From positions 8,264-72,263 of the forward strand of contig MFEL01000018.1 in the NCBI GenBank assembly GCA_001777575.1: 64,000 nt of DNA, read 5' to 3'. The translations under genes were made by a program, and so were the position numbers. Positions 40,265-49,602 of the stretch are shown here, in pieces. The notes under the pieces are model-generated. The model was given only the letters and a program-made list of their open reading frames with translations. It was not told where the DNA came from and did no database searches. This stretch comes from Candidatus Doudnabacteria bacterium RIFCSPHIGHO2_01_FULL_46_24 (GTDB taxonomy: Bacteria > Patescibacteriota > Doudnabacteria > UBA920 > O2-02-FULL-48-8). The stretch's first letter is position 1. Each line of letters opens with the position of its first letter.

Positions 40265-41275
40265 ATGACAGAAAAGAAACAAACAATTCTTTCAGGAATC
40301 AGGGCGACGGGCAAGCTCCATATCGGCAACTATCTGGGGGCGTTGAAGCAGTTTGTAGATCTGCAGAATGGCAAGGGTAACTTGTCCGCCGAAGCTTCAG
40401 CGAAGGCGGACTGCTTCTTTTTTATAGCTGACCTCCACGCTTTGACCACGCCGTTTGAAGCTAAAGAGTTATCCCAAAATACTCTGGAAGTGGCTGCGGA
40501 TTACTTGGCCGCGGGCATTGACCCGAAAAAATCCACATTTTTTTTGCAGAGCCAGGTTTTGGAACACGCCGAGCTCGGATGGATTTTTAACTGCCTAACT
40601 CCATTGGGAGAGCTGAATCGGATGACGCAATTCAAAGAAAAATCAGAAGAACAGAAAGGCCAAATAAGCGGCGGCTTGCTGACGTATCCCACACTCATGG
40701 CCGCGGACATTTTGATATATAAGCCGACTGCCGTGCCAGTGGGTGAAGACCAGACCCAGCACGTGGAACTTGCGCGGGATACGGCCCGCAAGTTCAACAA
40801 CCGTTTTGGGCAAACCTTTCCTGAGCCGAAAACGTATTTGAGAAAACCGCTCCGCGTCATGAGCCTCACTGACCCAACTAAAAAAATGAGCAAGTCAGGA
40901 GACGAAGCTCTGATGCTCGACGATCCTCCTGCGGAAATCCTGCGCAAACTCAAAAAAGCGCCCACAGCCACCGATGCCACCAAAGAATCTCCCGGGGTCA
41001 AAAACCTGTTTTTGCTCCTCGAGCACTTCGGGAGTGAAGAGCAAATTACTGAGTATAGTCATGAACAAAAAAACAATACCATCAAGTACAGCGAACTGAA
41101 GGAAGCACTGGCAAAAGCAATCGCCGAACACTTCGCCGAATTTCGAGATCAGAAGCAGGAGCTGCTGGCCAATCCCAAAACAATCATGGACGCTCTGGAG
41201 CAAGGAGCAACCAAAGCCCGCAAGATTGCCAGCCAAACCCTGGCAGAGGTAAAAGAAAAAGTTGGCCTGTTATAA
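40265..41275 (+). CDS. trpS: Tryptophan--tRNA ligase
   Basis: 'HIGN', 'YP.LMAADIL', 'VPVGEDQ.QH.EL', 'KMSKS'. Confidence 0.98.
   Translation: MTEKKQTILSGIRATGKLHIGNYLGALKQFVDLQNGKGNLSAEASAKADCFFFIADLHALTTPFEAKELSQNTLEVAADYLAAGIDPKKSTFFLQSQVLEHAELGWIFNCLTPLGELNRMTQFKEKSEEQKGQISGGLLTYPTLMAADILIYKPTAVPVGEDQTQHVELARDTARKFNNRFGQTFPEPKTYLRKPLRVMSLTDPTKKMSKSGDEALMLDDPPAEILRKLKKAPTATDATKESPGVKNLFLLLEHFGSEEQITEYSHEQKNNTIKYSELKEALAKAIAEHFAEFRDQKQELLANPKTIMDALEQGATKARKIASQTLAEVKEKVGLL
40381..40411. repeat. Family B hairpin, in frame within trpS
   Basis: CTTGTCCGCCGAAGCTTCAGCGAAGGCGGAC; encodes LSAEASAKAD. Confidence 0.85.
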
Positions 41276-41303
41276 AAAGTCGTGATAGACTAAAATATTA
41301 TTC

Positions 41304-42692
41304 CTAGGCCGATTCCCATTTGGTGGCCACTTCCGGAAACTTCGCCAGTTTTTGCTTAAAAATTTCCTGGATCTTGTCCAAATCTTCCTGAGTTTTTGCC
41401 TCAAAGCGCAAAACCAAGGCCGGCAAATTGGAAGAAGCGCGCACCAATCCCCAACCGCTCAACAGATACACCCGCGCGCCATTGATATCTATCACCCGAT
41501 GCCCTTCGGCCTTGAATTCTTCCGTGAGTTTTTTCACGATCTCATATTTGGCCTCATCCGGCACGTGCGCGTGCAAAGCCGGGGTAGAAATATAGTAAGG
41601 CGTCTTGGCAACCAATTCCGAGAGGAGTTCACTTTGCTGCGAAATATATTCCAGAAGTTTCAGCCCGGCGAAATTAGCATCGTCAAAACCGTAAAAATCA
41701 TCCACGAAAAAAGTATGCCCGGACTGCTCGCCGCCAAAACTGCCGTCTTCTGTCTTTAATCTTTCTTTGACATACATATAACCGGTCGGGCTCATAATAG
41801 GGACGCCGCCGTGAGCCTTAATATCCTCAGGAAGAGCTTCTGAAACTTTGACGTCAAACACGATTTTGGCTCCGGGTTTTTTGGCTAAAATCAAGCGCGA
41901 TAAAAGAATCAGCCATCGGTCCGGCCAGATAATTTGTCCCTTTTCATCCGTAACACCCAAACGATCGCCGTCTGCGTCAATGCCGATACCGAGGTCGGCT
42001 CCATGCTCAACCACTTGTTTCCCGGTATCTTCCATCATCTCAACATTCGCCGGGTTGGGCACATAATTAGGATAGCTCGAGTCGAGATTGGTATTATGCT
42101 CAATAACCTCACATCCGAATCGGCGGAAAATTTCCGGAGAAAAAATGCTGCTGGTGGCATTGGCGGTATTGAGCAATATTTTCAGCTTCCGGTGCAATTT
42201 GGCGCGAGAAAGCATATCGCTGATATACGCTTCTCTGATATTTTCTTTCCGTAAGCTGCCAGTGCCGCTAGCAAATTCTCCTGATTGCGCTATCTGCAGC
42301 ACTTCTCGGATTTGCGCCCCGTCCAGGGTCTTGGAATAATCAATTCCCAGCTTCAGGCCATTCCAGCCTGCCGGGTTATGGCTGGCAGTGACCATTAGCC
42401 CGCCTTTGACCTGAAAATGGTACGGCGCCCAATAAACCATGGGGGTGAGGCAAGTTCCAATGGCGATGACATCAATGCCGGTTGCCCGCAACGCTTCAAT
42501 GGAGGCTTGATAAAAGTCTTCCGAGCTTTGGCGGTTATCATGCCCGACAATTACTTGGCCGATATTCTTTTTGCGCAAAAAAGTACCGAAAGCTTTGACG
42601 ATTAAGCCGACAGATTCGGCGTTGAGTTCGTCACTAGACTCACGGCCGCGAATATCGTACTCGCGGAACATGTATTGATTTAACTTATTCAT
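41304..42692 (-). CDS. Phosphomannomutase/phosphoglucomutase
   Basis: 'FREYDIRG', 'TASHNP', 'DADGDR', 'GEQSGH', 'LVRASSN.P'. Confidence 0.95.
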   Translation of the reverse strand: MNKLNQYMFREYDIRGRESSDELNAESVGLIVKAFGTFLRKKNIGQVIVGHDNRQSSEDFYQASIEALRATGIDVIAIGTCLTPMVYWAPYHFQVKGGLMVTASHNPAGWNGLKLGIDYSKTLDGAQIREVLQIAQSGEFASGTGSLRKENIREAYISDMLSRAKLHRKLKILLNTANATSSIFSPEIFRRFGCEVIEHNTNLDSSYPNYVPNPANVEMMEDTGKQVVEHGADLGIGIDADGDRLGVTDEKGQIIWPDRWLILLSRLILAKKPGAKIVFDVKVSEALPEDIKAHGGVPIMSPTGYMYVKERLKTEDGSFGGEQSGHTFFVDDFYGFDDANFAGLKLLEYISQQSELLSELVAKTPYYISTPALHAHVPDEAKYEIVKKLTEEFKAEGHRVIDINGARVYLLSGWGLVRASSNLPALVLRFEAKTQEDLDKIQEIFKQKLAKFPEVATKWESA

Positions 42693-42728
42693 GACAAGCA
42701 AAAAAAGGCTTAACCTTTTTTTATAAAA

Positions 42729-42875
42729 TTATGGCTGTTCTCGCCAACGTTCTGGTTCGTTAGTTAGATCGCCCGGTTTGGGCTGTTCCCAAGCTGGTGT
42801 AGGGCCCTTTGATTCCCTCTTTTCCTCCCTACGAGGAGGTTCCTGCATTGGAGAACGCCGTTCTTGGTCTGACAT
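42729..42875 (-). CDS. 48-aa charged, Pro-rich small protein (below the ORF-track cutoff)
   Basis: GAAAGGA RBS; MSDQERRSPMQEPPRREEKRESKGPTPAWEQPKPGDLTNEPERWREQP*. Confidence 0.45.
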   Translation of the reverse strand: MSDQERRSPMQEPPRREEKRESKGPTPAWEQPKPGDLTNEPERWREQP

Positions 42876-43047
42876 GATTTTATTCCTTTCTCCGCCACTG
42901 ATATTAATTTTTTGAAGCGGGATCCCGCCTTCGGCGGTGGCAAATAAAGTCTAGCAACGCTAAAATAGTTTGGCAATATGGCTGACCTATTGACAGCCTT
43001 AAATCCATGTGATACACTTTTGGCACACTTAGAATTAACTTAAACTT

Positions 43048-43272
43048 ATGCCCACAGCCAAAACTCGAATCAACGTCAGTTTATCCGATGAATTAAACTC
43101 CGCTTTGAAAAAGTTGGCTTTGCGCGATCAAGTCCCCACCGCCACCAAAGCCGAACGGCTTTTGGAAATTGCTTTGGAAATCGAGGAAGACGAAGTCTGG
43201 GATAGAATCGCCAGGAATCGGCAAGATTCCAAAAGTACCCCTTATCTTACTCATAATCAAGCCTGGAAATGA
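43048..43272 (+). CDS. Ribbon-helix-helix antitoxin
   Basis: 'KTRINVSLSDEL...LKKLA.RD'; overlaps the RelE start; TTGACA-17-TACACT upstream. Confidence 0.8.
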   Translation: MPTAKTRINVSLSDELNSALKKLALRDQVPTATKAERLLEIALEIEEDEVWDRIARNRQDSKSTPYLTHNQAWK

Positions 43273-43544
43273 ACTTCGAGATTATTTATCATCCGTTGGT
43301 GGTGGGTGATGATATTCCTAAACTTTCGATTGGGTGGAAAACAAAAATTCAGAAAAAGATTGAAGAACGTTTAACTACTCACCCGGAAACTTACGGCAAG
43401 CCTTTGCGTAGATCGCTGAAAGGATATCGCAAACTGCGCGTCGGAGATTATCGCGTAATTTTTTTATTGGAAAAAAATATTGTCAAAATTCTCGTCATTC
43501 AGCACCGTTCAATCGTGTATGATAGAATTAACAAACGAATATAA
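43269..43544 (+). CDS. RelE/ParE-family toxin
   Basis: 'GKPLR.SLKGYRKLRVGDYRVIF...I.HRS.VY'. Confidence 0.92.
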   Translation: MNFEIIYHPLVVGDDIPKLSIGWKTKIQKKIEERLTTHPETYGKPLRRSLKGYRKLRVGDYRVIFLLEKNIVKILVIQHRSIVYDRINKRI

Positions 43545-44632
43545 TGTCATTTTCCATCGGCATTGTGGGTCTCCCCAACGTAGGCAAATCCACATTATTT
43601 AACGCACTCACGAAGCAGCAAGCCGCTGCTTCGAATTTTCCATTTACCACGATTGAGCCCAATGTCGGCGTGATTAATGTTCCAGATGAGAGACTGGCTA
43701 AACTGGCAGTACTTGAAAAATCCGAAAAAATTGTGCCAACCAGCATTGAATTCGTGGACATTGCCGGCTTGGTCAAAGGGGCGGCGGAAGGCGCGGGCTT
43801 AGGCAATAAATTCCTCTCTCATATCCGAGAAGTGGATGCCATTGTCCAGGTTGTGCGATTTTTTGAAAACAGCGACATTATCCATGTGGATGGTTCAGTC
43901 AACCCACAACGCGACATTGACGTCATCAACACGGAGTTGATGCTGGCGGATTTGGCTGCGGTTAGCAAACGGTTGGAAGGATTGCACCGAGATGTGAAAT
44001 CCGGGGACAAAGAGGCAATAGCGTTGAAAGATGCCTTGGAAAAAATCAAACAAGCTCTGGATTCAAGCCGGCCGGCCAAATCCGTGCAATTAACAGACGA
44101 ACCTTTGAGGCTGGTTAAGCAATTACAGCTTTTGACCATGAAGCCGGCGCTTTACGTGGCCAATGCCACGAACCAAGGGCCGAGCCAGGAGGGGCGCCCT
44201 CCCAGCAGAGCGCCAATCTTGGAGGGCGCCCCTCCAATCATAGCTCTCGACGTTAAGCTGGAATCAGAACTGGTGGAACTCAAGGACGAAGAACGGGCGG
44301 AATACATGAAAGAACTGGGCATCCAAGAATCAGGCTTAGACAGATTGGCAGCCGCAGCTTACAAGCTCCTGGATTTAATCACTTTTATCACGGCCGGACC
44401 GAAAGAATCCAAAGCCTGGACCATCAAGCGCGGCACCAAAGCGCCGCAGGCGGCAGGTATCATCCACACTGACTTTGAAAAAGGCTTTATCAAAGCCGAG
44501 GTCATTCAGTGGGACAAGCTTTTGGAAGCCGGCGGCTACGCGCAAGCAAGAGATAAGGGCTGGCTGCGGCTCGAAGGCAAAGAATATGTCATCACTGATG
44601 GCGACGTCTGCCATTTTAGATTTAATTTATAA
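43544..44632 (+). CDS. ychF: Redox-regulated ATPase YchF
   Basis: '[17 protein letters not shown]', '[17 protein letters not shown]', '[15 protein letters not shown]'. Confidence 0.98.
   Translation: MSFSIGIVGLPNVGKSTLFNALTKQQAAASNFPFTTIEPNVGVINVPDERLAKLAVLEKSEKIVPTSIEFVDIAGLVKGAAEGAGLGNKFLSHIREVDAIVQVVRFFENSDIIHVDGSVNPQRDIDVINTELMLADLAAVSKRLEGLHRDVKSGDKEAIALKDALEKIKQALDSSRPAKSVQLTDEPLRLVKQLQLLTMKPALYVANATNQGPSQEGRPPSRAPILEGAPPIIALDVKLESELVELKDEERAEYMKELGIQESGLDRLAAAAYKLLDLITFITAGPKESKAWTIKRGTKAPQAAGIIHTDFEKGFIKAEVIQWDKLLEAGGYAQARDKGWLRLEGKEYVITDGDVCHFRFNL
44188..44235. repeat. Family A element, in frame within ychF
   Basis: GGAGGGGCGCCCTCC-18nt-GGAGGGCGCCCCTCC; encodes [16 protein letters not shown]. 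Confidence 0.9.
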
Positions 44633-44753
44633 AAAATCGGCTGAAGATCTCCCTCAAATCTTCAGCCGTCGATCGATCGCTACAACCCTTGACCGTCAAG
44701 GCTTATTTTGATATATTTACTGGCCAGTTTCGGCAACAACCTGGGAGGAGGAA

Positions 44754-45857
44754 ATGGCGAACAAATCTCATCTCGAGACCGAGATTGACCGGCTTTTGGT
44801 TGCTCGGCAGACCGTGCGGCAAATCGCCAGCAGTCTGGGCATCCCGCGTCTGGTGGTGGAGGAAAGAAAAAAACAACATGTCGCGCGTATTCGCGCGAGG
44901 CGTAGTCTGGGATGGGCATTCCTGGGGCTGACTGCGATTGTGGTCGCACTGGCTATCGAGGTACCGCATCTCTATCGCAGTTTCGAACAAGATTCAATAA
45001 TCGAAGAGTTAAGAAAAACAGCCTTATCGGTCGAGCAAGACAAGCCGGCCGCCACTTCCACTTGGCTGGTCAGCGAGGAGTTCCAAGGTCCTCAATTGCT
45101 TGCAATCAGGGCCGGCCAGATTGATCAACTTGCAGACGAACTCGACCGCAGCGTGGCGCGTGTAGAAGAGATTCCTGAAATCCAGGCCATGATCGCAAAA
45201 TCAGGAAAAAAATTCCTGGTCAGCATCTTTAGCCCGCCCAACGGGATCATGCATATCGCAAAAGAGTCCGAAGCGTTTGATCCTGCCGGAAAGATCGAGG
45301 TCACATTCTTCGGCCCGGCCGGATTCAACACCCCCATAGTCCAAGGCCTTTACCTGTCTTACCAAAGCGGCTTTGGGTCGGTGTTCGTGGCAGCGCTTCG
45401 TTACCCCGACCCCCGCTGGTTCGACGCGTTTCTCTGGCATGAACTGCTACATCGCCAGAAGCATCTCGACCACGCCGCTTCGGCCACCGCGCCTTTCCTG
45501 TCAGACGTTTGGGCCAGTGAAGAAGTGCAGGGCCATGAATTGGCTCGTAAAATCCTCGACCACCACACCCGACAAGCCTATAGCCGCACACTTGCAGAAA
45601 TCGCCCGGAATAAGTGGGCGTGGAGCCTGAAAAACTTCCTACGGCAATTACGCGCGCGCGACCTCGAATCCCTGGAGGACTTGTTCGTCCCGGGATCTAA
45701 GGATGAGTCTCGCTTCCGCAGCTCGCAATACCTGCTAGATTTGTCCTTCGTCTGGCTGAAACAGCGCCAGCAGGGACAGAAGCTGATCCAAGCCAAGATA
45801 GAGGCCTACCGACTGCTTGCCACCAAACTTGGCAGGATATCCCCCTCGACCAGATAG
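44754..45857 (+). CDS. Hypothetical membrane-anchored protein with HExxH motif
   Basis: GGAGGAGG RBS; TM near aa 52-70; 'FLWHELLH', downstream 'EEVQGH'. Confidence 0.65.
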   Translation: MANKSHLETEIDRLLVARQTVRQIASSLGIPRLVVEERKKQHVARIRARRSLGWAFLGLTAIVVALAIEVPHLYRSFEQDSIIEELRKTALSVEQDKPAATSTWLVSEEFQGPQLLAIRAGQIDQLADELDRSVARVEEIPEIQAMIAKSGKKFLVSIFSPPNGIMHIAKESEAFDPAGKIEVTFFGPAGFNTPIVQGLYLSYQSGFGSVFVAALRYPDPRWFDAFLWHELLHRQKHLDHAASATAPFLSDVWASEEVQGHELARKILDHHTRQAYSRTLAEIARNKWAWSLKNFLRQLRARDLESLEDLFVPGSKDESRFRSSQYLLDLSFVWLKQRQQGQKLIQAKIEAYRLLATKLGRISPSTR

Positions 45858-45903
45858 GAAGCACTTGACTCCTATCTGTTTTTTTGCTAGGCTATTCAGG
45901 CTA

Positions 45904-45962
45904 ATCCGCCTTCGCCAACCTCCTTCGCTCTTTGAGCTTCGGTGGACAGGTCGGCGGACAAG
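45904..45962. repeat. Nested family B elements upstream of rpsF
   Basis: ATCCGCCTTCGC..[CCTCCTTCGCTCTTTGAGCTTCGGTGGACAGG]..TCGGCGGACAAG. Confidence 0.7.
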
Positions 45963-46028
45963 ACAATTTAAGCTTTATATTCGGCCCCTGAAAATACGGC
46001 GGCTGATAACAAAAGGATTATCCTTGTT

Positions 46029-46481
46029 ATGCCAAAATATGAGCTGATGTATATTTTATCTTCAGCCGTTTCCGATAACGACGTGCCAGGCATCGCCTCT
46101 GAACTAGATAAATTCCTCCAGGAACAGGGTGGGGTGATTTTGACCCAGGAAATGCTGGGCAAGAAAAAACTGGCCTACCCGATCAAGAAAACCCGGAACG
46201 GTTTTTATGTTTTGCAAACTTTCAACCTCGACGCCGGCAAGGTCGCCGCTTTCGACGCCAAAATCCGTAGCCTCGATTCCATTATCCGCTATATTATCGT
46301 CAATTTGGAACAACTGGAACAGCGCAGAGCCAAAGACGTCAGAGAACGCGAAAAAATGAAGCCTTTAAGGAAACCAAGGCCGATGGAAACCATACCTCAG
46401 GCTCCGGAGATTAAGTTGACGGAAACCGAATTGGAGAGCAAAATTGAAGCAGCGTTAGGCTCCGAGGATTTGGCAAAGTAA
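46029..46481 (+). CDS. rpsF: 30S ribosomal protein S6
   Basis: 'YELMYIL', 'GKKKLAYPIKK...G.Y', 'IIRYII'. Confidence 0.95.
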   Translation: MPKYELMYILSSAVSDNDVPGIASELDKFLQEQGGVILTQEMLGKKKLAYPIKKTRNGFYVLQTFNLDAGKVAAFDAKIRSLDSIIRYIIVNLEQLEQRRAKDVREREKMKPLRKPRPMETIPQAPEIKLTETELESKIEAALGSEDLAK

Positions 46482-46556
46482 TTGTAAGTTGCCAGATTAA
46501 AGTTGAAAGTGCTACAGTAAATTGTAACTTAAATCTTTAATCTTAAATCTAATTTT

Positions 46557-47003
46557 ATGGACCTCAATAAAGCCATGATTATCGGGCGCCTAACCCGCGA
46601 CCCGGAAATAAGAACCACTCCCAGCGGCGCCAAGGTCACCTCATTCGGCGTGGCCACTAATTTCCGCTGGACCGACCAACAGGGGCAAAAAAAGGAACAA
46701 GTGGAATTTCACAACGTCGTGCTATGGCGCGGACTGGCTGACGTGGCCGAGCGGTTTCTAAAAAAAGGTTCGATCGTGTACGTCGAAGGGCGGCTGCAGA
46801 CCAGGTCTTGGGACGGCCAGGACGGCAAAAAAAACTACCGCACGGAAATCATTGCGGAAAAAATGCAGCTCGGACCCAAGACGTCTGGAGGCTCTACGGC
46901 TTCTGGAGGCTCTGCGGCAACCGAACAAGTGTCGGCAGAACAACCAGCGGCGACAGAAGAAATCCCGACTATTCAAATCAGTAACGACGATATTCCATTC
47001 TAA
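46557..47003 (+). CDS. ssb: Single-stranded DNA-binding protein
   Basis: 'NKAMIIGRLTRDPE', 'EGRLQTRSW', C-terminal 'DDIPF'. Confidence 0.98.
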   Translation: MDLNKAMIIGRLTRDPEIRTTPSGAKVTSFGVATNFRWTDQQGQKKEQVEFHNVVLWRGLADVAERFLKKGSIVYVEGRLQTRSWDGQDGKKNYRTEIIAEKMQLGPKTSGGSTASGGSAATEQVSAEQPAATEEIPTIQISNDDIPF

Positions 47004-47005
47004 AT

Positions 47006-47227
47006 ATGGCTATCCCCCAACAGATCAAAAAAAATTGCATCTTCTGTCAGGAAAAAATTTCCTGCGTTGATTACAAGGACATCCAGTTTCTGCGCCGGTT
47101 CATGAGCCCTCACGCCAAAATTTTGTCCTCGGTTAAAACCGGAAACTGCAACAAGCACCAGCGCGTGGTATCCCAGGCCCTCAAGCGGGCGCGTCATATG
47201 GCACTATTACCTTTTGTTAGCACTTAA
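47006..47227 (+). CDS. rpsR: 30S ribosomal protein S18 (Zn-binding type)
   Basis: 'CIFC', 'DYKD...LRRF', 'TGNC.KHQR....A.KRAR.MALLPF'. Confidence 0.96.
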   Translation: MAIPQQIKKNCIFCQEKISCVDYKDIQFLRRFMSPHAKILSSVKTGNCNKHQRVVSQALKRARHMALLPFVST

Positions 47228-47347
47228 CAGTTAAGCGTTTAACGGCAGCGCAGCGCGTATCGGTAAGCGTCTTACGTTAAGCGTCAGGAAAACCGCCAGA
47301 CGCTGCCGTAAGACGATACGCGCAGCTCCGACGAATAACGAATTACC

Positions 47348-47914
47348 ATGAGTGTCCTCGACTTCTCCGACCTCAAATCCACCGGCGTCATCATCAAATA
47401 CCAAGACCAGCCTTATCAAATAATCTGGTCTAATTTTATGCGCACGGCGCAAAGAAAGCCGGTGATCCAGACCAAACTGCGCAACCTCATCACCGGCAAG
47501 GTAATGGAGTACTCGTTCAAGTACGGCGAAAAGGTGGAGGGCGCGGACGTGGTTAAAAAAAAGATGCAGTATCTTTACTCTGACGAATCAGGCGGATCTT
47601 TCATGGACCCGGAAAACTTTGAAACCATAGTGCTATCCAAAAGCCTGATTGCCGACCAGTTGGGATACTTGAAAGAAGGCACGGAAACAGTCGTGATTTT
47701 GTTTGAGGACAAGCCGATTGGCCTTGACCTGCCCGTAAAAATCGATCTCAAGGTTGTGGAAGCGGCACCCGGCATCAAAGGCGACACGGCCACTGGCGGA
47801 TCAAAACCGGCCAAACTGGAAACAGGAATCACGGTAAATGTTCCTCTGTTCATCAAAGAAGGCGACAGTATCCGGGTAGACACCCGCGACGGCTCATATG
47901 TCGAACGAGCCTAG
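47348..47914 (+). CDS. efp: Elongation factor P
   Basis: 'KLRNL.TG', 'QYLY.D', 'PG.KGDTA.GG.KPA.LETG..V.VPLFI.EGD.I.VDTR.G.Y.ERA'. Confidence 0.96.
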   Translation: MSVLDFSDLKSTGVIIKYQDQPYQIIWSNFMRTAQRKPVIQTKLRNLITGKVMEYSFKYGEKVEGADVVKKKMQYLYSDESGGSFMDPENFETIVLSKSLIADQLGYLKEGTETVVILFEDKPIGLDLPVKIDLKVVEAAPGIKGDTATGGSKPAKLETGITVNVPLFIKEGDSIRVDTRDGSYVERA

Positions 47915-47982
47915 GTTGACACTGAAATTTCTAGGAGCCAAGATTAAATTTCCAAGATTAACTGGCGGCAGAAAGGCATAAT

Positions 47983-48207
47983 ATGGCAAAAGAGGTTACC
48001 AATGAAGATCTGGCCGTGATGATCAAGAACCGCTTTGACGCGGCAGCCGGCGACTTAAGCGATCTAAAGGACGAACTTAAAACCGACATTAGCCGAATAG
48101 AAGCCAAGGTTGACAAGGCTTTACATGTGGAATATGTCAGCCTGGAAGTCCGGGTTAAGAGATTGGAACAAAAAGTCGGCCTGAAGCCATTGAACAATCC
48201 GGCCTAG
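47983..48207 (+). CDS. Small coiled-coil hypothetical protein
   Basis: GAAAGG RBS; followed by a terminator. Confidence 0.65.
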   Translation: MAKEVTNEDLAVMIKNRFDAAAGDLSDLKDELKTDISRIEAKVDKALHVEYVSLEVRVKRLEQKVGLKPLNNPA

Positions 48208-48216
48208 AAACCAAAA

Positions 48217-48240
48217 CCGCCCTCTCGGGCGGCTTTTTTT
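48217..48240 (+). terminator. Intrinsic terminator
   Basis: CCGCCC-tctc-GGGCGG then T-tract. Confidence 0.75.
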
Positions 48241-48336
48241 ATGGCCTTAGCGTATACTTATTTCTCTAATTGCGGCAACCAGCGTCCTCATAATACCCAA
48301 CATTTTTACTTACTTCGTGCATATTTCTCTGCTTAA

Positions 48337-49602
48337 TTATTGCTTCATTTCGGTTATTGGGCCCAGAGGCAATCGGAGGTCATGCTCGTTGGCTGGGACG
48401 ACTTGAGCAAAGCTGTGGCCCCAGGAGAAGAAAACTTCAGCCGAGGGGAAGGCGTAGCGCAGATCCGCGCCTAGGAAATAAATAGTGCCTTTATCATTAA
48501 CCACGCTGCCTCTCGCGTGGCGCTGCGAACCGGTAAATATGCCGGAGCCCAAGGGAAGATTCTGCGTTTGCCCGAGGATGGCATTTTTTGTCTTATATCC
48601 AAATTCAGCAAACACCGGCATGGAAACAAACGGCCGCTTCTTCCCATATTCTATAACATATATCGTGCCAGAGTCCAAAACCAGAACGCCGTCAAGGTAC
48701 GCCGGGGCAGGCGCGGGGGTTGGTGTCGGCGCGGGCTGAGGCGTTGGAACAGGCACTGGGGTCGGGCTACCGCCTCCTCCGCCAGGCGGACTTGGCGAAG
48801 GAGCCGGGGCAGGTGATGGCGCAGGAACCGGTGTTGGTGTTGGTGAAGGAGTCGGGGTAGGCGCGGGACTTGGTGCCGGAGTTGGACTTGGCGCCGGACT
48901 CGGAGCAGGAACTGGTGTGGGCGCTGGAGCCGGTGTCGGAGAAGGAGAAGGCGCCGGATCTGGTGTAGGAACAGGCGCTGGAGAAGGCGCCGGACTCGGT
49001 GCTGGAGTCGGAGAAGGAGCGGGGACAGGCGCCGGAGAAGGCACGACCGCTGCCGTAACCGAAGCGTTAATAACCTCGGACAAAATATCGCTGCCCGAAA
49101 CCGCGACGTTGGAATCATTGGTTTGGCCCGGCGTAAAATCAAAACTTATCGCCCCGGCGCCTGCCTTGAGAGCCTTAAACCGAATTTCCGCCAACGTCTG
49201 GGTGGATATTCCCGTGCCGGACGCAAACAAGGAGAGCTGGACAAAACCCGCCTGATTATCGAAATGATTGGCAAAAATAGTCAGCAGCGGGTCTGCCTTG
49301 ACCTCTTTTACTTCCAGCAATTCCGGATTGAACCTTAAAGAATAGACATCTACGGCATCAGCCGCGACCGTTGTTTCCAAATTGACGTTAAGCCAGAACT
49401 CGTCATTGACCAAAACTTCCTTGCTTGCCGGACTGACGGCGAGTATGGCCTGCCCCACATCGGCGTTGCCAAAATTAAACGAGGTTTTTTTCGCCCGGTT
49501 CGAAAGATTATTCAGGGCAAAAAATGCGGCAACAAAAAATCCAGCCACCAGCATGACCGCGATTAAATTTTTGTATTTCCAAAGCAGGGGTCTCATCATC
49601 AA
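48337..49602 (-). CDS. Surface protein: TM, cohesin-like domain, Pro-rich linker, shared C-terminal domain
   Basis: 'F.LNVNL...[14 protein letters not shown]...[11 protein letters not shown]...ISFDF'; (PAPSP)n linker. Confidence 0.75.
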   Translation of the reverse strand: MMMRPLLWKYKNLIAVMLVAGFFVAAFFALNNLSNRAKKTSFNFGNADVGQAILAVSPASKEVLVNDEFWLNVNLETTVAADAVDVYSLRFNPELLEVKEVKADPLLTIFANHFDNQAGFVQLSLFASGTGISTQTLAEIRFKALKAGAGAISFDFTPGQTNDSNVAVSGSDILSEVINASVTAAVVPSPAPVPAPSPTPAPSPAPSPAPVPTPDPAPSPSPTPAPAPTPVPAPSPAPSPTPAPSPAPTPTPSPTPTPVPAPSPAPAPSPSPPGGGGGSPTPVPVPTPQPAPTPTPAPAPAYLDGVLVLDSGTIYVIEYGKKRPFVSMPVFAEFGYKTKNAILGQTQNLPLGSGIFTGSQRHARGSVVNDKGTIYFLGADLRYAFPSAEVFFSWGHSFAQVVPANEHDLRLPLGPITEMKQ

